DNA of 64,000 nucleotides from a bacterium. GTDB lineage: Bacteria > Krumholzibacteriota > Krumholzibacteriia > LZORAL124-64-63. The translations under genes and the position numbers were made by a program. Every line of letters begins with the position of its first letter. Position 1 is the first letter of the stretch. Shown here in pieces: positions 1 through 9,546 of the stretch. The notes beneath the pieces were generated by a model. The model was not told the origin of the DNA. It ran no database searches and saw nothing but the letters and a program-made list of their open reading frames with translations. The stretch is from the NCBI GenBank assembly GCA_031441465.1, contig JANOEP010000047.1:11801-75800 (forward strand). Reading direction: 5' to 3'.

Positions 1-938
1 CCGGAGTCTGCTCCCATGCCCAGGACAGAAGAGACGTCGTCGGTCAGCGGGTGGATCGTCGCACCGTCCCAGCGGGCGAGGTTCTGGACGACGACGTTGC
101 CGTTGTCTGCGGAATAGAAGTCGCCGTAGAGGTAGAGGTCGCTCCCGACCGCCGACAGCAGCAGGACTTCGCCGTCGAGTCCGGCGACGTTGTAGGACCA
201 GTCCGAGCCGTCCCAGGCATTCAGGTAGTTGGGGGTGCTCCCGTCGTCGAGATAGCCGCCCACGTACAACACCGACCCGACCCGCGCCGCGGCGCGCAGG
301 ATTCCGAATTCCGCGCCGGCGAAGCCGCCCAAGTCGCTCCACGCCGTTCCGTTCCAGGCGGCGACGCAACGGGCCGCCACCGGCGGCGAGCCGATGGAGG
401 TGAACCGGCCAAGCAGCAGGAGCGTCGAGCCGTCCGCGGCGAGCGTCAGTTCGGTGGCGTCGTCGGGAGGACCGGAGCCGACCGCGGCCCAGGCCGCACC
501 GGTCCAGCGTGCGACGTTGGGCAGAGGGGTGGCGCCCGAGGCCGTGAAATCTCCGGCCGCGTACAGGGTCGTGCCGACGACGGCGAGGGAGGTGACGGTG
601 CCGTTGAGTCCCGCGCCCAGCGCCGCGAACTCCGAACCGTTCCAGGCCACCACGTTCTGCACCGGCGTGCCTCCGGCGTGGGTGATGTTGCCGCCCACGA
701 CCAACGTGCCGTTCCAGTTGACGGTGGACCTGATGGCGCTCCACCATCCCGAGGGATCGCCGGTGAGCCCGGGCGCGCCGAAGTCGGACGACCAGTTCAC
801 GTCGGCCGGGTCGGCGCGGCTCGCGGGGATGCCGCCGAGGGTGGCGAAGACGGCGCAAGCGACGGCAAGCCGACGGATGCGGGCGGCGAGGAGTGCGCGT
901 CCGAGTCCGCGTGCCTGGGTTGAAGTCGTGGGTGACAT
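1..938 (-). CDS. Secreted beta-propeller repeat protein (partial; 3' end lies beyond window start)
   Basis: Not in the ORF track; translated by hand. GGAGG RBS at 946-950 and ATG at 938. MSPTTSTQARGLGRALLAARIRRLAVACAVFATLGGIPASRA signal peptide, then repeated units such as LVVGGNITHAGG..NVVAWNG, LYAAGDFT..NVARWTG, LLLAGRFT..VAAWNG and LYLYGDFY..NLARWDG. Frame is open to the edge. Confidence 0.85.
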   Translation of the reverse strand, partial: MSPTTSTQARGLGRALLAARIRRLAVACAVFATLGGIPASRADPADVNWSSDFGAPGLTGDPSGWWSAIRSTVNWNGTLVVGGNITHAGGTPVQNVVAWNGSEFAALGAGLNGTVTSLAVVGTTLYAAGDFTASGATPLPNVARWTGAAWAAVGSGPPDDATELTLAADGSTLLLLGRFTSIGSPPVAARCVAAWNGTAWSDLGGFAGAEFGILRAAARVGSVLYVGGYLDDGSTPNYLNAWDGSDWSYNVAGLDGEVLLLSAVGSDLYLYGDFYSADNGNVVVQNLARWDGATIHPLTDDVSSVLGMGADS

Positions 939-1023
939 GGTCGAACCTCCGCGATATGGGCTTACCGGACACGCATGGTGCGTTGGTAATTCAGGGTAGC
1001 ATAACAAGACAGATATTATCCAT

Positions 1024-1064
1024 ATTATACTGTTGCCGGGGAGCGGCATTGATCAACCCGGCAA
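1024..1064 (-). promoter_or_regulatory. Putative promoter/operator of the beta-propeller gene
   Basis: Perfect TATAAT on the minus strand (1024-1029) in an AT-rich spacer, with an adjacent 8-bp inverted repeat TTGCCGGG(1033-1040)...CCCGGCAA(1057-1064). Confidence 0.4.
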
Positions 1065-1151
1065 GAAATATCCATGATATAATCCATTTATATACATATA
1101 CAGAGGATATCGTGTACCGAAGAGCACTGCAGTCACCCCCCAAGCCTGAAC

Positions 1152-3011
1152 CTACGGTAAGAAGGAAGCCATCCCACCGTCGGGGTTGTGACAATCGCTG
1201 CAACTCAAGGCGCCCTTGAGCCGGACAGCGTGGCTGACCTCCAACATCGCGTCCTCGGGCAGCCAGCGCGGCTCGACCCGGCGGCCGGCCCGGACGTCCT
1301 CGTAGGCCTGGATGTTCCAGCGCGGGACGTCCAGGTAGCCGATGAAGCGGTTCATCAGGTAGTACTGGAACATGCGGCCGTACATCATGCGCATCATGGG
1401 CTTTTCCATCTCGGCGCGGGCGGCGGCGTCGGGGTCGCCGTCGCGGTAGTACAGGGGCAGGTTGTAGGGCACGAACATGCCGCCGAAGGGGCCGGCGTTC
1501 TGCAGGTCGATGTGCTGGCGCCCGTTGAAGCGCTTCATCGCGTACAGCTTGCTGGGGCGACCGGCGGCGGCGAGCGGGCGCATCAGCCGGTCGTACCAAC
1601 CCTCGTAGTCGTAATCTTCCCACTCGGGCCAGCGGTGCGGGGCCGTGTAGAAGCGCCACGTGCCGTCGGGACTCTCGCCGATCGGGTTGCCGAGGAAGGT
1701 GGCGTCGCCGTTCCACCAGACGTAGGCGAGGCCCTCGCCCGGGGCGGTCAGCTTCTCCTCGTCGCGGGCGAGGTGGAGGCCCTGCTCCGGCTCCAGGACC
1801 GTCCGCGAGAAGTCGCGGCGGGTGACGTTGTCGGGGTGGAGGCTGGGGATGTGGCAGGTGACGCAGGCGACCCAGGCGCCGTGCTCGTTCAGGACGCGGG
1901 CGGTGCGCGTCTTGGCCTCGTGGGGCGCGTCGGTGTGGCAGCGCTCGCAGGACACCTCGACGCCCGGCAGGTCGTTGGCCATCATCGTGGTGGTGTGCGT
2001 GCCCTTCGCGATGCGGTGGCCTTCGGTGGGGTGGCAGTCGAGGCAGGCCAGGCCGGCGGCGGCGTGGACGTCCCAGGACGGCGAGTAGGGGGTGCCGCGC
2101 TTGGAGCCGGGGTGCATCACGCGGGGGTAGCGGTCGCCGCGCGCGCGCCGCGAGGGCATGAAGGAAGGGTCCTTCGCGTCGACGTAGACGTCGCCGCCCA
2201 GGTTGTGCTGGTGGCAACGCAGGCAGGACTGGGACGACGGCGTCTCGACCGAGAGCGCCGCGCGCAGGCTGCGGTCCTGGTCCCAGCGCAAGCGGCCGTT
2301 GGCGTCGCGCACCACCTGCTTGCGGTTCATGTCGTAGGCCGCGGCGTGGCAGATCAGGCAGTCGATCGCGTCGCGCTCCTCGGGCAGCGTCTTGTAAAAG
2401 GGCATGATCTCGCCCAGGGGGGCCTGGGTCTGGCCGCCGATGTGGCACTGGCCGCAGCCCTCGCTCAGGGTGTCACCCCGCGTGTTGACGACCCACTCCG
2501 CCCAGGCGGTCATCGCGAAGGAGCCCGGCTTGGGGCAAGGGCGGTCGAGCATGCCCATCGGCAGGCCGTCCGCCGAGCGGCCGTTGAAGCCGCGGACGTT
2601 CTTGTGGTCCGTGCTGAAGAACCGGTAATGCACCGAGCCGGTGAGGTTGCGCAGGAGGTCTTCACGGCGGGGCAGGCCGTAGGTGTTCTCGAACTCGATC
2701 TCCCGGTGGCACACCAGGCAGGTCTCCGGACCGCGGTAAGAGCGGATGCCGGCCTCGCGGAACCGGTCCACGTGGTCGAAGTTGCGCCGGAACTCGAGGT
2801 TCAGGCTCTTGGCGACCAGTTCGAAGGCGTCGCGGTCGAGTTCCTCGGTGGGGAAGGCCATGCGGGTGGGCCGGGAGTCCTCGGGCAGCATGAGGTTGAT
2901 CATCCGCGACCAGGCCTGCCAGCGCCAACCGGCGGCGCCGGCCAGCACCAACAGCAGCAACATCAACAACGGCATGATGTTAAGGCTGCGGCGCGGGCGT
3001 GGGGACGCCAT
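1152..3011 (-). CDS. Octaheme c-type cytochrome, OTR (octaheme tetrathionate reductase)-like
   Basis: Eight CxxCH motifs (CLVCH, CGQCH, CLICH, CLRCH, CLDCH, CERCH, CVTCH, CSDCH). OTR-like contexts DVH..GLACxDCH, LNEH..VACxTCHIP and HAV..KGALSCxDCH. N-terminal hydrophobic anchor. Start uncertain (3065, 3011 or 2976). Confidence 0.85.
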   Translation of the reverse strand: MASPRPRRSLNIMPLLMLLLLVLAGAAGWRWQAWSRMINLMLPEDSRPTRMAFPTEELDRDAFELVAKSLNLEFRRNFDHVDRFREAGIRSYRGPETCLVCHREIEFENTYGLPRREDLLRNLTGSVHYRFFSTDHKNVRGFNGRSADGLPMGMLDRPCPKPGSFAMTAWAEWVVNTRGDTLSEGCGQCHIGGQTQAPLGEIMPFYKTLPEERDAIDCLICHAAAYDMNRKQVVRDANGRLRWDQDRSLRAALSVETPSSQSCLRCHQHNLGGDVYVDAKDPSFMPSRRARGDRYPRVMHPGSKRGTPYSPSWDVHAAAGLACLDCHPTEGHRIAKGTHTTTMMANDLPGVEVSCERCHTDAPHEAKTRTARVLNEHGAWVACVTCHIPSLHPDNVTRRDFSRTVLEPEQGLHLARDEEKLTAPGEGLAYVWWNGDATFLGNPIGESPDGTWRFYTAPHRWPEWEDYDYEGWYDRLMRPLAAAGRPSKLYAMKRFNGRQHIDLQNAGPFGGMFVPYNLPLYYRDGDPDAAARAEMEKPMMRMMYGRMFQYYLMNRFIGYLDVPRWNIQAYEDVRAGRRVEPRWLPEDAMLEVSHAVRLKGALSCSDCHNPDGGMASFLP

Positions 3012-3264
3012 CGGGAACCCCCGGGAAGGCAGACAACGGGCTGATGGGGCGTATCGACCCATCAATCGCAGGGGGAGCGGCCGCTGTCAAGGCGCTGGGA
3101 GAGCGATGGATGGCCGTCGATCGCCTCATTATGCAAAAAACAGGACTCCCATTTCGGGAACCAGGGTCCCATTTTGTGCGTTGCCCGACTTCCTCCAGGA
3201 AGAGCCAGGTAGCCGCCGGTCGGAGCGTCCGCGAGGACATCGGCATCGTGAAGGGACATCCTGT

Positions 3265-3882
3265 TTGACCAACCTGATCGACAACGACGCCGTCGACCGG
3301 CGGCGCTTCCTGCGCATCTTCGGGGGCGTGGTCCTGGCCTGCCTGGCGCCGCTGCCCCTGGCCGCTTCCGTGACCGGGAGTGAAACCCTCGGCGCCCCTC
3401 AGCCCGCCTTGGCCGGGGCCGGGATCGCCGGCGCGCCCGAGGCGCACCTGATCTCGCTGCTCAACATCAATACCGGCGAACGGTTGGCCTGCGCCTACCG
3501 TGAGAAGGGCATCCTGGTGCCCGATGCGACGGCTGCCATCGACAGGTTGCTGCGCGACCACCGCAACGACGAGATCAAGCCCATCGATCCCCAGCTGCTG
3601 GATCTGCTCCACGACGCCGCGTCGGCGCTCGGCTCGTCCGAGCCCTTCCACGTGGTTTGCGGTTACCGGTCCTCGGCCACCAACGCGGCGATGCGCCGCC
3701 GCGGCGCCGGCGTGGCCAAGCACAGCTACCACATCACCGGCCGCGCCGCCGACGTGAGCCTGCCGGGCGCCCAGCTCGCGCAGCTGCGCCGCGCCGCCCG
3801 CGACCTGAAGACCGGCGGCGTCGGCTACTACCCCGGCTCGCGGTTCGTCCACCTGGACACCGGTCCCGTTCGCAGCTGGTAG
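3265..3882 (+). CDS. YcbK/DUF882 (MepK-like) peptidase M15 family, Tat-exported
   Basis: TTG start after AAGGGA. DRRRFL twin-arginine signal. LRDHR, IDPQLLD, CGYRS..TN, SYH..GRAAD and GVGYY..S.FVHLDTG..RSW motifs. Confidence 0.9.
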   Translation: MTNLIDNDAVDRRRFLRIFGGVVLACLAPLPLAASVTGSETLGAPQPALAGAGIAGAPEAHLISLLNINTGERLACAYREKGILVPDATAAIDRLLRDHRNDEIKPIDPQLLDLLHDAASALGSSEPFHVVCGYRSSATNAAMRRRGAGVAKHSYHITGRAADVSLPGAQLAQLRRAARDLKTGGVGYYPGSRFVHLDTGPVRSW

Positions 3883-3988
3883 GGCGCGCCCCCGGGCTCC
3901 CGACGGATTTATCCCCGCTGGATTTTCCCCGCCTTGCGCCTTATCCTCCGACCTGCGATTCCGCGGTACGGAGGCCGCGTCCCAACCC

Positions 3989-5983
3989 ATGGTCGAACGC
4001 ATCCGCAAGACTCTCGGCGCCTTGCGCCCCCCCACGTCCGGACCCCTGAGCCTCATGGTCCGGCGCCATCGTCTGCTCTTCTTCTTCGCTTTCTTCGGCG
4101 CGATCGCCGCCTTGTCGGTGAGCTTGTCCTTCGTCATCCGTTTCGAATGGTCCTGGCTGCGCAAGGTGCCCAAGTGGCCCGAGTGGTGGCGGTCGATGCT
4201 GCTGGTGGCCGTGCCCGTGCGCCTGGTGGTGTTCACCGCCTTCGGGCTGCACCGGGTCTCGTGGCGGTTCGCCGGGTTGCGGGACGTGCCGCCGCTGATC
4301 AACGCGATCCTGGTCGGTTCGGCGTTCGACGCCGCGATCCTGCTGTGGGCCTACCAGGGGGCCTTCCCCCGCTCGGTGCTGATCATCGACACCGTCCTGT
4401 GCATGGCGTTGGCCGTGATCGGCCGCTACATGTACCGCATCCTGGACCACCTCTCGCGCGGCATCGACACCGGCCCGCGGACGCGCGTGGTCATCGTGGG
4501 CGCGGGGACGGCCTGCAACCTCGTGCTGGAAGCCATGAACACGGCCAAGCTGAACGCCTACCGGCCGGTGGCCATCGTCGACGACGACCCGCTCAAGCAG
4601 GGCATCACCATCCACGGCGTGGGCGTCGCCACGCCCATCGACGCCATCGTCGAGGTGGCGCGCCGCACGGGGGCCGAGGCGGTCATCCTGGCGATGCCGA
4701 CGGCCACCACGGCGCAGCTGTACCGCATCGTGAAGCTGTGCCGCGAGACCGGCCTGCCGCTGAAGACCACGCCCGACATCTGGCAGGTCCTGCAGAGCAG
4801 CGAGGCGGTCACCCGCATCCAGGACTTCTCGCTCGACGACCTGCTCAACCGGCGCGTCGTGCGCTCGGACGTGCCGGAGATCCGCCGGCTGCTCGAGGGG
4901 CGCATCGTGCTGGTGACCGGGGCGGCCGGCAGCATCGGCTCGGAGATGTGCCGGCAGATCGTCGACCAGGGGGCGCTGCGGCTGGTCTGCCTGGACAAGG
5001 ACGAGAACGGCCTGTTCCGGCTCGAGCAGGAGCTGCGCCGGCGCCGGCCCGACGCCGCGCTCGCCTTCTTCCTGGGCGACGTCAAGGACGAGGGCCGCAT
5101 GGATACCCTGTTCTCGCGCTGGAAGCCGCAGATCGTGTTCCACGCCGCGGCCTACAAGCACGTGCCCATCCTGCAGTTCCACCCCGTCGAGGCGATCCGC
5201 AACAACGTGGGCGGCACGCGCATGGTGGCGCGCCTGTCCCAGCGCTACGGCGTCGAGCGCTTCGTGATGATCAGCACGGACAAGGCCGTGCGGCCCACCA
5301 GCGTCATGGGCGCGACCAAGCAGATCGCGGAACGCGTGATCCACAACCTGGGCGCCGAAAACCCGGGCGGCACGAACTTCTCGACGATCCGCTTCGGCAA
5401 CGTGCTGGGGTCGGCGGGCAGCGTCGTGGAGCTGTTCCTGGAGCAGATCCGCAAGGGCGGCCCGGTGACGGTCACCGACCCGCGCATCGAGCGCTACTTC
5501 ATGACCATCGCCGAGGCCGTGCACCTGGTGCTCTACGCGGCGGGCATGGGCGCGGGCGACGAGATCTTCATCCTGGACATGGGCGCGCCGGTGAAGATCG
5601 ACGCCCTGGCGCGGCAGATGATCCAGCTGTCGGGCCTGACGCCCGAGATCGACGTGCCCATCGTCTACACGGGACTGCGGCCGGGCGAGAAGCTCTACGA
5701 GGAACTGTGGACGCCCGAGGAGAAGCCGCAGCCCACCAGCAACCCCGGCATCCGCGTGGCCCGCCGCACCGACGGCGTGCACGACATCGACGCCCGCGTG
5801 GATGCCTTGCTCGTCGCCGCCGCCGCCGGCAACATGCGCGAGTGCTGGGAGCAGCTGCTGGAACTGGTGCCGGACTTCCAGGGTGCGACGCGCGAGGCCG
5901 CCGAGATGCCGCCGGCCGGCGTCGATCTGCGGGCCGGCGGTGACGGGTCTGCCGCCGCCCCGACCGGGCCGACCGCGCGATGA
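3989..5983 (+). CDS. Membrane-anchored UDP-GlcNAc 4,6-dehydratase (CapD/WbpM/PglF family)
   Basis: N-terminal TM helices. VTGAAGSIGSE, FHAAAYKHVP, ISTDKAVRPTSVMGATK, RFGNVLGS and GLRPGEKLYEEL motifs. Confidence 0.93.
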   Translation: MVERIRKTLGALRPPTSGPLSLMVRRHRLLFFFAFFGAIAALSVSLSFVIRFEWSWLRKVPKWPEWWRSMLLVAVPVRLVVFTAFGLHRVSWRFAGLRDVPPLINAILVGSAFDAAILLWAYQGAFPRSVLIIDTVLCMALAVIGRYMYRILDHLSRGIDTGPRTRVVIVGAGTACNLVLEAMNTAKLNAYRPVAIVDDDPLKQGITIHGVGVATPIDAIVEVARRTGAEAVILAMPTATTAQLYRIVKLCRETGLPLKTTPDIWQVLQSSEAVTRIQDFSLDDLLNRRVVRSDVPEIRRLLEGRIVLVTGAAGSIGSEMCRQIVDQGALRLVCLDKDENGLFRLEQELRRRRPDAALAFFLGDVKDEGRMDTLFSRWKPQIVFHAAAYKHVPILQFHPVEAIRNNVGGTRMVARLSQRYGVERFVMISTDKAVRPTSVMGATKQIAERVIHNLGAENPGGTNFSTIRFGNVLGSAGSVVELFLEQIRKGGPVTVTDPRIERYFMTIAEAVHLVLYAAGMGAGDEIFILDMGAPVKIDALARQMIQLSGLTPEIDVPIVYTGLRPGEKLYEELWTPEEKPQPTSNPGIRVARRTDGVHDIDARVDALLVAAAAGNMRECWEQLLELVPDFQGATREAAEMPPAGVDLRAGGDGSAAAPTGPTAR

Positions 5984-7263
5984 CGGCCCCCCCACCCTCC
6001 CTGCGACGCAGCTTCACCTGGACCTTCCTCGGCAACGTGGTCTTCGCCGCCAGCCAGTGGGGCATCCTCGTCGTGCTGACCAAACTCGGCTCGGCCGCGG
6101 AAGTGGGCCGCCTGTCGCTGGCCTCGACCGTGGCGACGCCGCTGGTGGTCTTCGCCAACCTCCAGCTGCGTTCGGTCTTCGTGGCCGACGCGAGCGGCCG
6201 CTTCCCGTTCCGCGACTACCTGGGCGTCCAGTTGCTGCTGGCGCCCCTGGCCCTGATCGCGGTGGTCTTCACCGGGATGGTCGGTTACAGCGGCCCCCAG
6301 GTGACGGCGATCGTGCTGTACGGGATCGGGCGCCTGGTCGACGGGGCGGGTGACGTGTTCTACGGCCTCGAGCAGAAGCGCGAGCGCATGGACCTGATGG
6401 CCCGCTCGCTGATGATCCGCGGCGCCGTCTCGCTGGTCCTGTTCGCCGCCGTGTACCGGTGGACGGGGAACCTCAACGCGGCCTTGGTGGCGTGGCCGGT
6501 GGCCTGGGCCGTGCCGCTGCTGCTCTTCGACCTGCCGCGTTGCCGCGCCCTGGTGCGGGCCGAAGACGGGGGCGACGGCGGTAGCCTGCGCCCCCGGTTC
6601 AAGCCCGCCGTGGTCAAGTCGATCATCTGGACGGCCCTGCCCCTGGGCGTGGTCATGCTGCTGATCCAGCTGCGCAACACGGTGCCCCGCACCATGCTGG
6701 AGAGCGCGCAGGGCGAGGAGGCGCTCGGCGTCTTCTCGGCCATGGCCTACCTGGTGCTCGTGTCCAACACGGTGGTGATGGCCCTGTCCCAGTCCAGCAT
6801 CGCGCGGCTGGCCCGCAACCACGCCGACCGGGACGTGAGCGCCTTCCGCGGCACCGTCGCCAAGTTGATGGGCGTGGGTCTCGTGCTCGGCCTGGCCGGC
6901 GTGGCGGTCGCCCACTGGTGGGGCGGCCCCCTGCTCACCCTGGTCTACGACGCCGAGTACGCGGTGCGCGGCGACCTCTTCGTGCTGATCATGGCCGGCG
7001 GCGGCATCATGAACCTGGGCAGCCTGCTCGGCGCGCCGGCCACGGCCATGCGGGCGTTCCGCTCCCAACTCGTCATCCACGCCCTGAACGCCGTGCTGCT
7101 GGTGGCGATGGGCCGCTGGCTGATCCCGACGCACGGCATGGCGGGCGCGGCCTGGACGGTGCTGGCCGGGTCGGCCTGGGTGACCCTGGCCTACGGCGCG
7201 GTGGTGCTGCGCGGGATGGCGCGGATGCGCGGGAGTATTACGGCGGCGGGAGGTGCGGCGTGA
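5980..7263 (+). CDS. Wzx-like oligosaccharide flippase
   Basis: 427 aa polytopic membrane protein with MATE-like pattern (LGVFSAMAYL), overlapping the upstream stop within a polysaccharide locus. Confidence 0.8.
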   Translation: MTAPPPSLRRSFTWTFLGNVVFAASQWGILVVLTKLGSAAEVGRLSLASTVATPLVVFANLQLRSVFVADASGRFPFRDYLGVQLLLAPLALIAVVFTGMVGYSGPQVTAIVLYGIGRLVDGAGDVFYGLEQKRERMDLMARSLMIRGAVSLVLFAAVYRWTGNLNAALVAWPVAWAVPLLLFDLPRCRALVRAEDGGDGGSLRPRFKPAVVKSIIWTALPLGVVMLLIQLRNTVPRTMLESAQGEEALGVFSAMAYLVLVSNTVVMALSQSSIARLARNHADRDVSAFRGTVAKLMGVGLVLGLAGVAVAHWWGGPLLTLVYDAEYAVRGDLFVLIMAGGGIMNLGSLLGAPATAMRAFRSQLVIHALNAVLLVAMGRWLIPTHGMAGAAWTVLAGSAWVTLAYGAVVLRGMARMRGSITAAGGAA

Positions 7264-8507
7264 GCGGCGGCGACGTGCTCTGGATCCTGCTGTTCGCCGC
7301 CGTGGCACTGGTGGGGCTGGCCGCCTCCAGGCGGTTTTTCGGGCACTGGTTCACGCCGTTGAGCATCTACACGGGCGTGAACTGCGGGTCGCTGGCGCTG
7401 TACCACTTGAGGGTGCTCGATCTGATCCGGCTGTCGGAACAGACCTATGCCCTGGCCCTGGGGTCGGTCGCCTTGTTCGCTGTAGGGTCCCTAGGCGCCG
7501 TCGGCGGCCGGTCGATCCGTTTCGACGGTGCAGCGAACAGCCGGCGCGACGTGGCGCACTTGAGCGCCTTCTACTACGTCACGGCGACGATCGCGACCCT
7601 GGGCTGGGGGCTGGCGCTGGCGATCCTCGTGTCCCGCCACGGCCTGGGCGGCCTGCTCGCCAGCATCTGGCGGCTGCAGGACGAGTTCCAGATGCAGTTC
7701 ATCGGCAACCTGAACCTGATCGGCATCCTGGTCGCGCCGACCTATGTGATCAAGCGGGCCTTCGGCGCGCGCCGGCGCCTGGACGAGGTGATCCTCGTCT
7801 CGTGCCTGCTCGGGCTGCTGCTCGCCGGCATCAAGGCGTACATCACGATCAGCGTCGTCGCGGCGATCCTGGCCTGGAGCGTGTGCCGTCCGGACCGCTT
7901 CCGGGCCGCACACATGCTGCTGGTGCTGGCGGTGCTGCTGGGCTTCTTCGTGGTCTACACGCAGAAGATCGACATCTACGCCCAAGAGGGTTACGACGCC
8001 GAGGGCGGGGCCGGCGTGGTCGCCCCGCTGCAGCGGCCCTACCTCTACATCGCGGGCAGCTGGCCCGCGCTTTCGGCGGTCGCGGCCGGGGATGTGGAGC
8101 CGCCGCCGCGCCCCGGGCACGTCCTGCTGCAGCCTGTCTGGAAGCTGTTGAGCGCCCTGGGGGCGGCGCCCGCCATTCCAACGCCGCTGCCGTTCGCGAA
8201 CATCGGGGTCACGGAGTTCAACGTCTTCTCGTTCGCGGGCGAGGTCTACTGGGACGCGGGCCCCTGGGCGGCGCTGCTGATGAGCGCGCTGCTGGGCTTC
8301 GTCTCCACGCTCATGTACGTCCGAGCGCGCACGACGGCGTACTGGGGTCATCTGCTGGTTTACGCGCTCGTCGGTTACGGCGTGTTCATGTCGCAGTTCG
8401 CGTACTTCTATACCTTCAACTTCCTGCTGCTGATGATCTACGCCTGTGGCTTGGGTTTCTTCGTGTTGCGCGGGGGCGTGTTCGTCGATCGGGGGCGCCG
8501 TGCGTGA
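7260..8507 (+). CDS. Wzy-like O-antigen/oligosaccharide repeat polymerase
   Basis: GTG start overlaps the flippase stop. About 10 TM segments with a large periplasmic loop (PYLYIAGS...NVFSF..EVYWDAG). Confidence 0.7.
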   Translation: MSGGDVLWILLFAAVALVGLAASRRFFGHWFTPLSIYTGVNCGSLALYHLRVLDLIRLSEQTYALALGSVALFAVGSLGAVGGRSIRFDGAANSRRDVAHLSAFYYVTATIATLGWGLALAILVSRHGLGGLLASIWRLQDEFQMQFIGNLNLIGILVAPTYVIKRAFGARRRLDEVILVSCLLGLLLAGIKAYITISVVAAILAWSVCRPDRFRAAHMLLVLAVLLGFFVVYTQKIDIYAQEGYDAEGGAGVVAPLQRPYLYIAGSWPALSAVAAGDVEPPPRPGHVLLQPVWKLLSALGAAPAIPTPLPFANIGVTEFNVFSFAGEVYWDAGPWAALLMSALLGFVSTLMYVRARTTAYWGHLLVYALVGYGVFMSQFAYFYTFNFLLLMIYACGLGFFVLRGGVFVDRGRRA

Positions 8508-9546
8508 TCCGTTGCGCGTGTCGGCCCTGACCGGCGACGTCCGCGTGCCGAGCGCCCGTTTCCGGGTCGGACAGTTCGTCGCGCCGTTGCGCGCGCTGGG
8601 GGTGGACCTGCGCTGGCGGCCGGCGCCGATCTCCAACTATCCGCCGCGCAGCCCGATCCTGCGACCGCTGTGGCTGCCGGCCACGGCGGCGGCCCGCCTG
8701 CCGTCGTTGACGGCGACCTGGGCGGCGGACGTGACCCTGCTGCAGCGCGAACTGGTCTCGACTCTGGCGACCCTGGAAGGGCTCACGCGCCGGCCGCGGG
8801 TGCTCGACGTGGATGACGCCATCTGGATGAAGCGCGGCGGCGGTTTCGCGGCCGGGATCGCGCGCGCGTGCGACCTGGTGATCGCGGGCAACGACTTCGT
8901 CGCCGACTGGTTCTCCGGGCACAGCCGCCGCGTGGAGGTGCTGCCGACCGCCGTGGACACCGCCAAATTCCACCCGCGCGACGGCGCCGAGAGAGCGGCC
9001 GGCGCCCTCCCCCCGGTCATCGGCTGGAGCGGCACTTCATCGAACTTGGCATTCCTGGTGGGGATCGAGGGGGCGCTGGCGCGCGTGCTGCGCGAGCGCC
9101 CGCGGTGCCGGCTGGCCGTCTGTTCCGACGCGCCGCCGCGGTTCTCCTCGCTGCCGGCCGATCGCGTCGACTACGAGCCCTGGCGGCCCGCGACGGAGGC
9201 CGGCTTCTTCCAGCGTCTCGACGTGGGTCTGATGCCGCTGACCGACGACGACTGGACGCGGGGCAAGTGTTCGTACAAGATGCTGCTCTATCTCGCCTGC
9301 GGAGCGCCCGTCGTGGTGTCGCCCGTGGGCATGAACGCGCAGATCCTCGCCCAGGCCGAGGTGGGTTTCGGGGCGGCGACGGAAGATGCGTGGGTCGAGG
9401 CTCTGATCGCCCTGATCGACGACGCCGCGCTCGGTCGGAAGATGGGGCGCGCCGGAGTCGAGCTGGTGGCGGCTCGTTTCAGCGTGGCCGCGCTGGCGCC
9501 GCGGCTGGCTGAACTGCTGGAGGATGTGGCCCGTGGCAGGCGCTGA
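8500..9546 (+). CDS. Glycosyltransferase family 4
   Basis: SARFR, DVDDAIW, IGWSG and DVGLMPL..WTRGKCSYK...PVVVSPVG GT-B motifs. Confidence 0.88.
   Translation: MRDPLRVSALTGDVRVPSARFRVGQFVAPLRALGVDLRWRPAPISNYPPRSPILRPLWLPATAAARLPSLTATWAADVTLLQRELVSTLATLEGLTRRPRVLDVDDAIWMKRGGGFAAGIARACDLVIAGNDFVADWFSGHSRRVEVLPTAVDTAKFHPRDGAERAAGALPPVIGWSGTSSNLAFLVGIEGALARVLRERPRCRLAVCSDAPPRFSSLPADRVDYEPWRPATEAGFFQRLDVGLMPLTDDDWTRGKCSYKMLLYLACGAPVVVSPVGMNAQILAQAEVGFGAATEDAWVEALIALIDDAALGRKMGRAGVELVAARFSVAALAPRLAELLEDVARGRR

Noticed and set aside
51..999. Plus-strand ORFs 51-923 and 394-999
   Set aside because: The real gene is on the minus strand (RBS, signal peptide, repeats).
1010..1095. DnaA-box cluster / origin
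   Set aside because: Only one near-match (TTATCCATA) and no oriC-type neighbouring genes.
6577..6584. GGCGGTAG ops/JUMPStart-like element
   Set aside because: Lies inside the flippase CDS rather than a leader; expected by chance at this GC.
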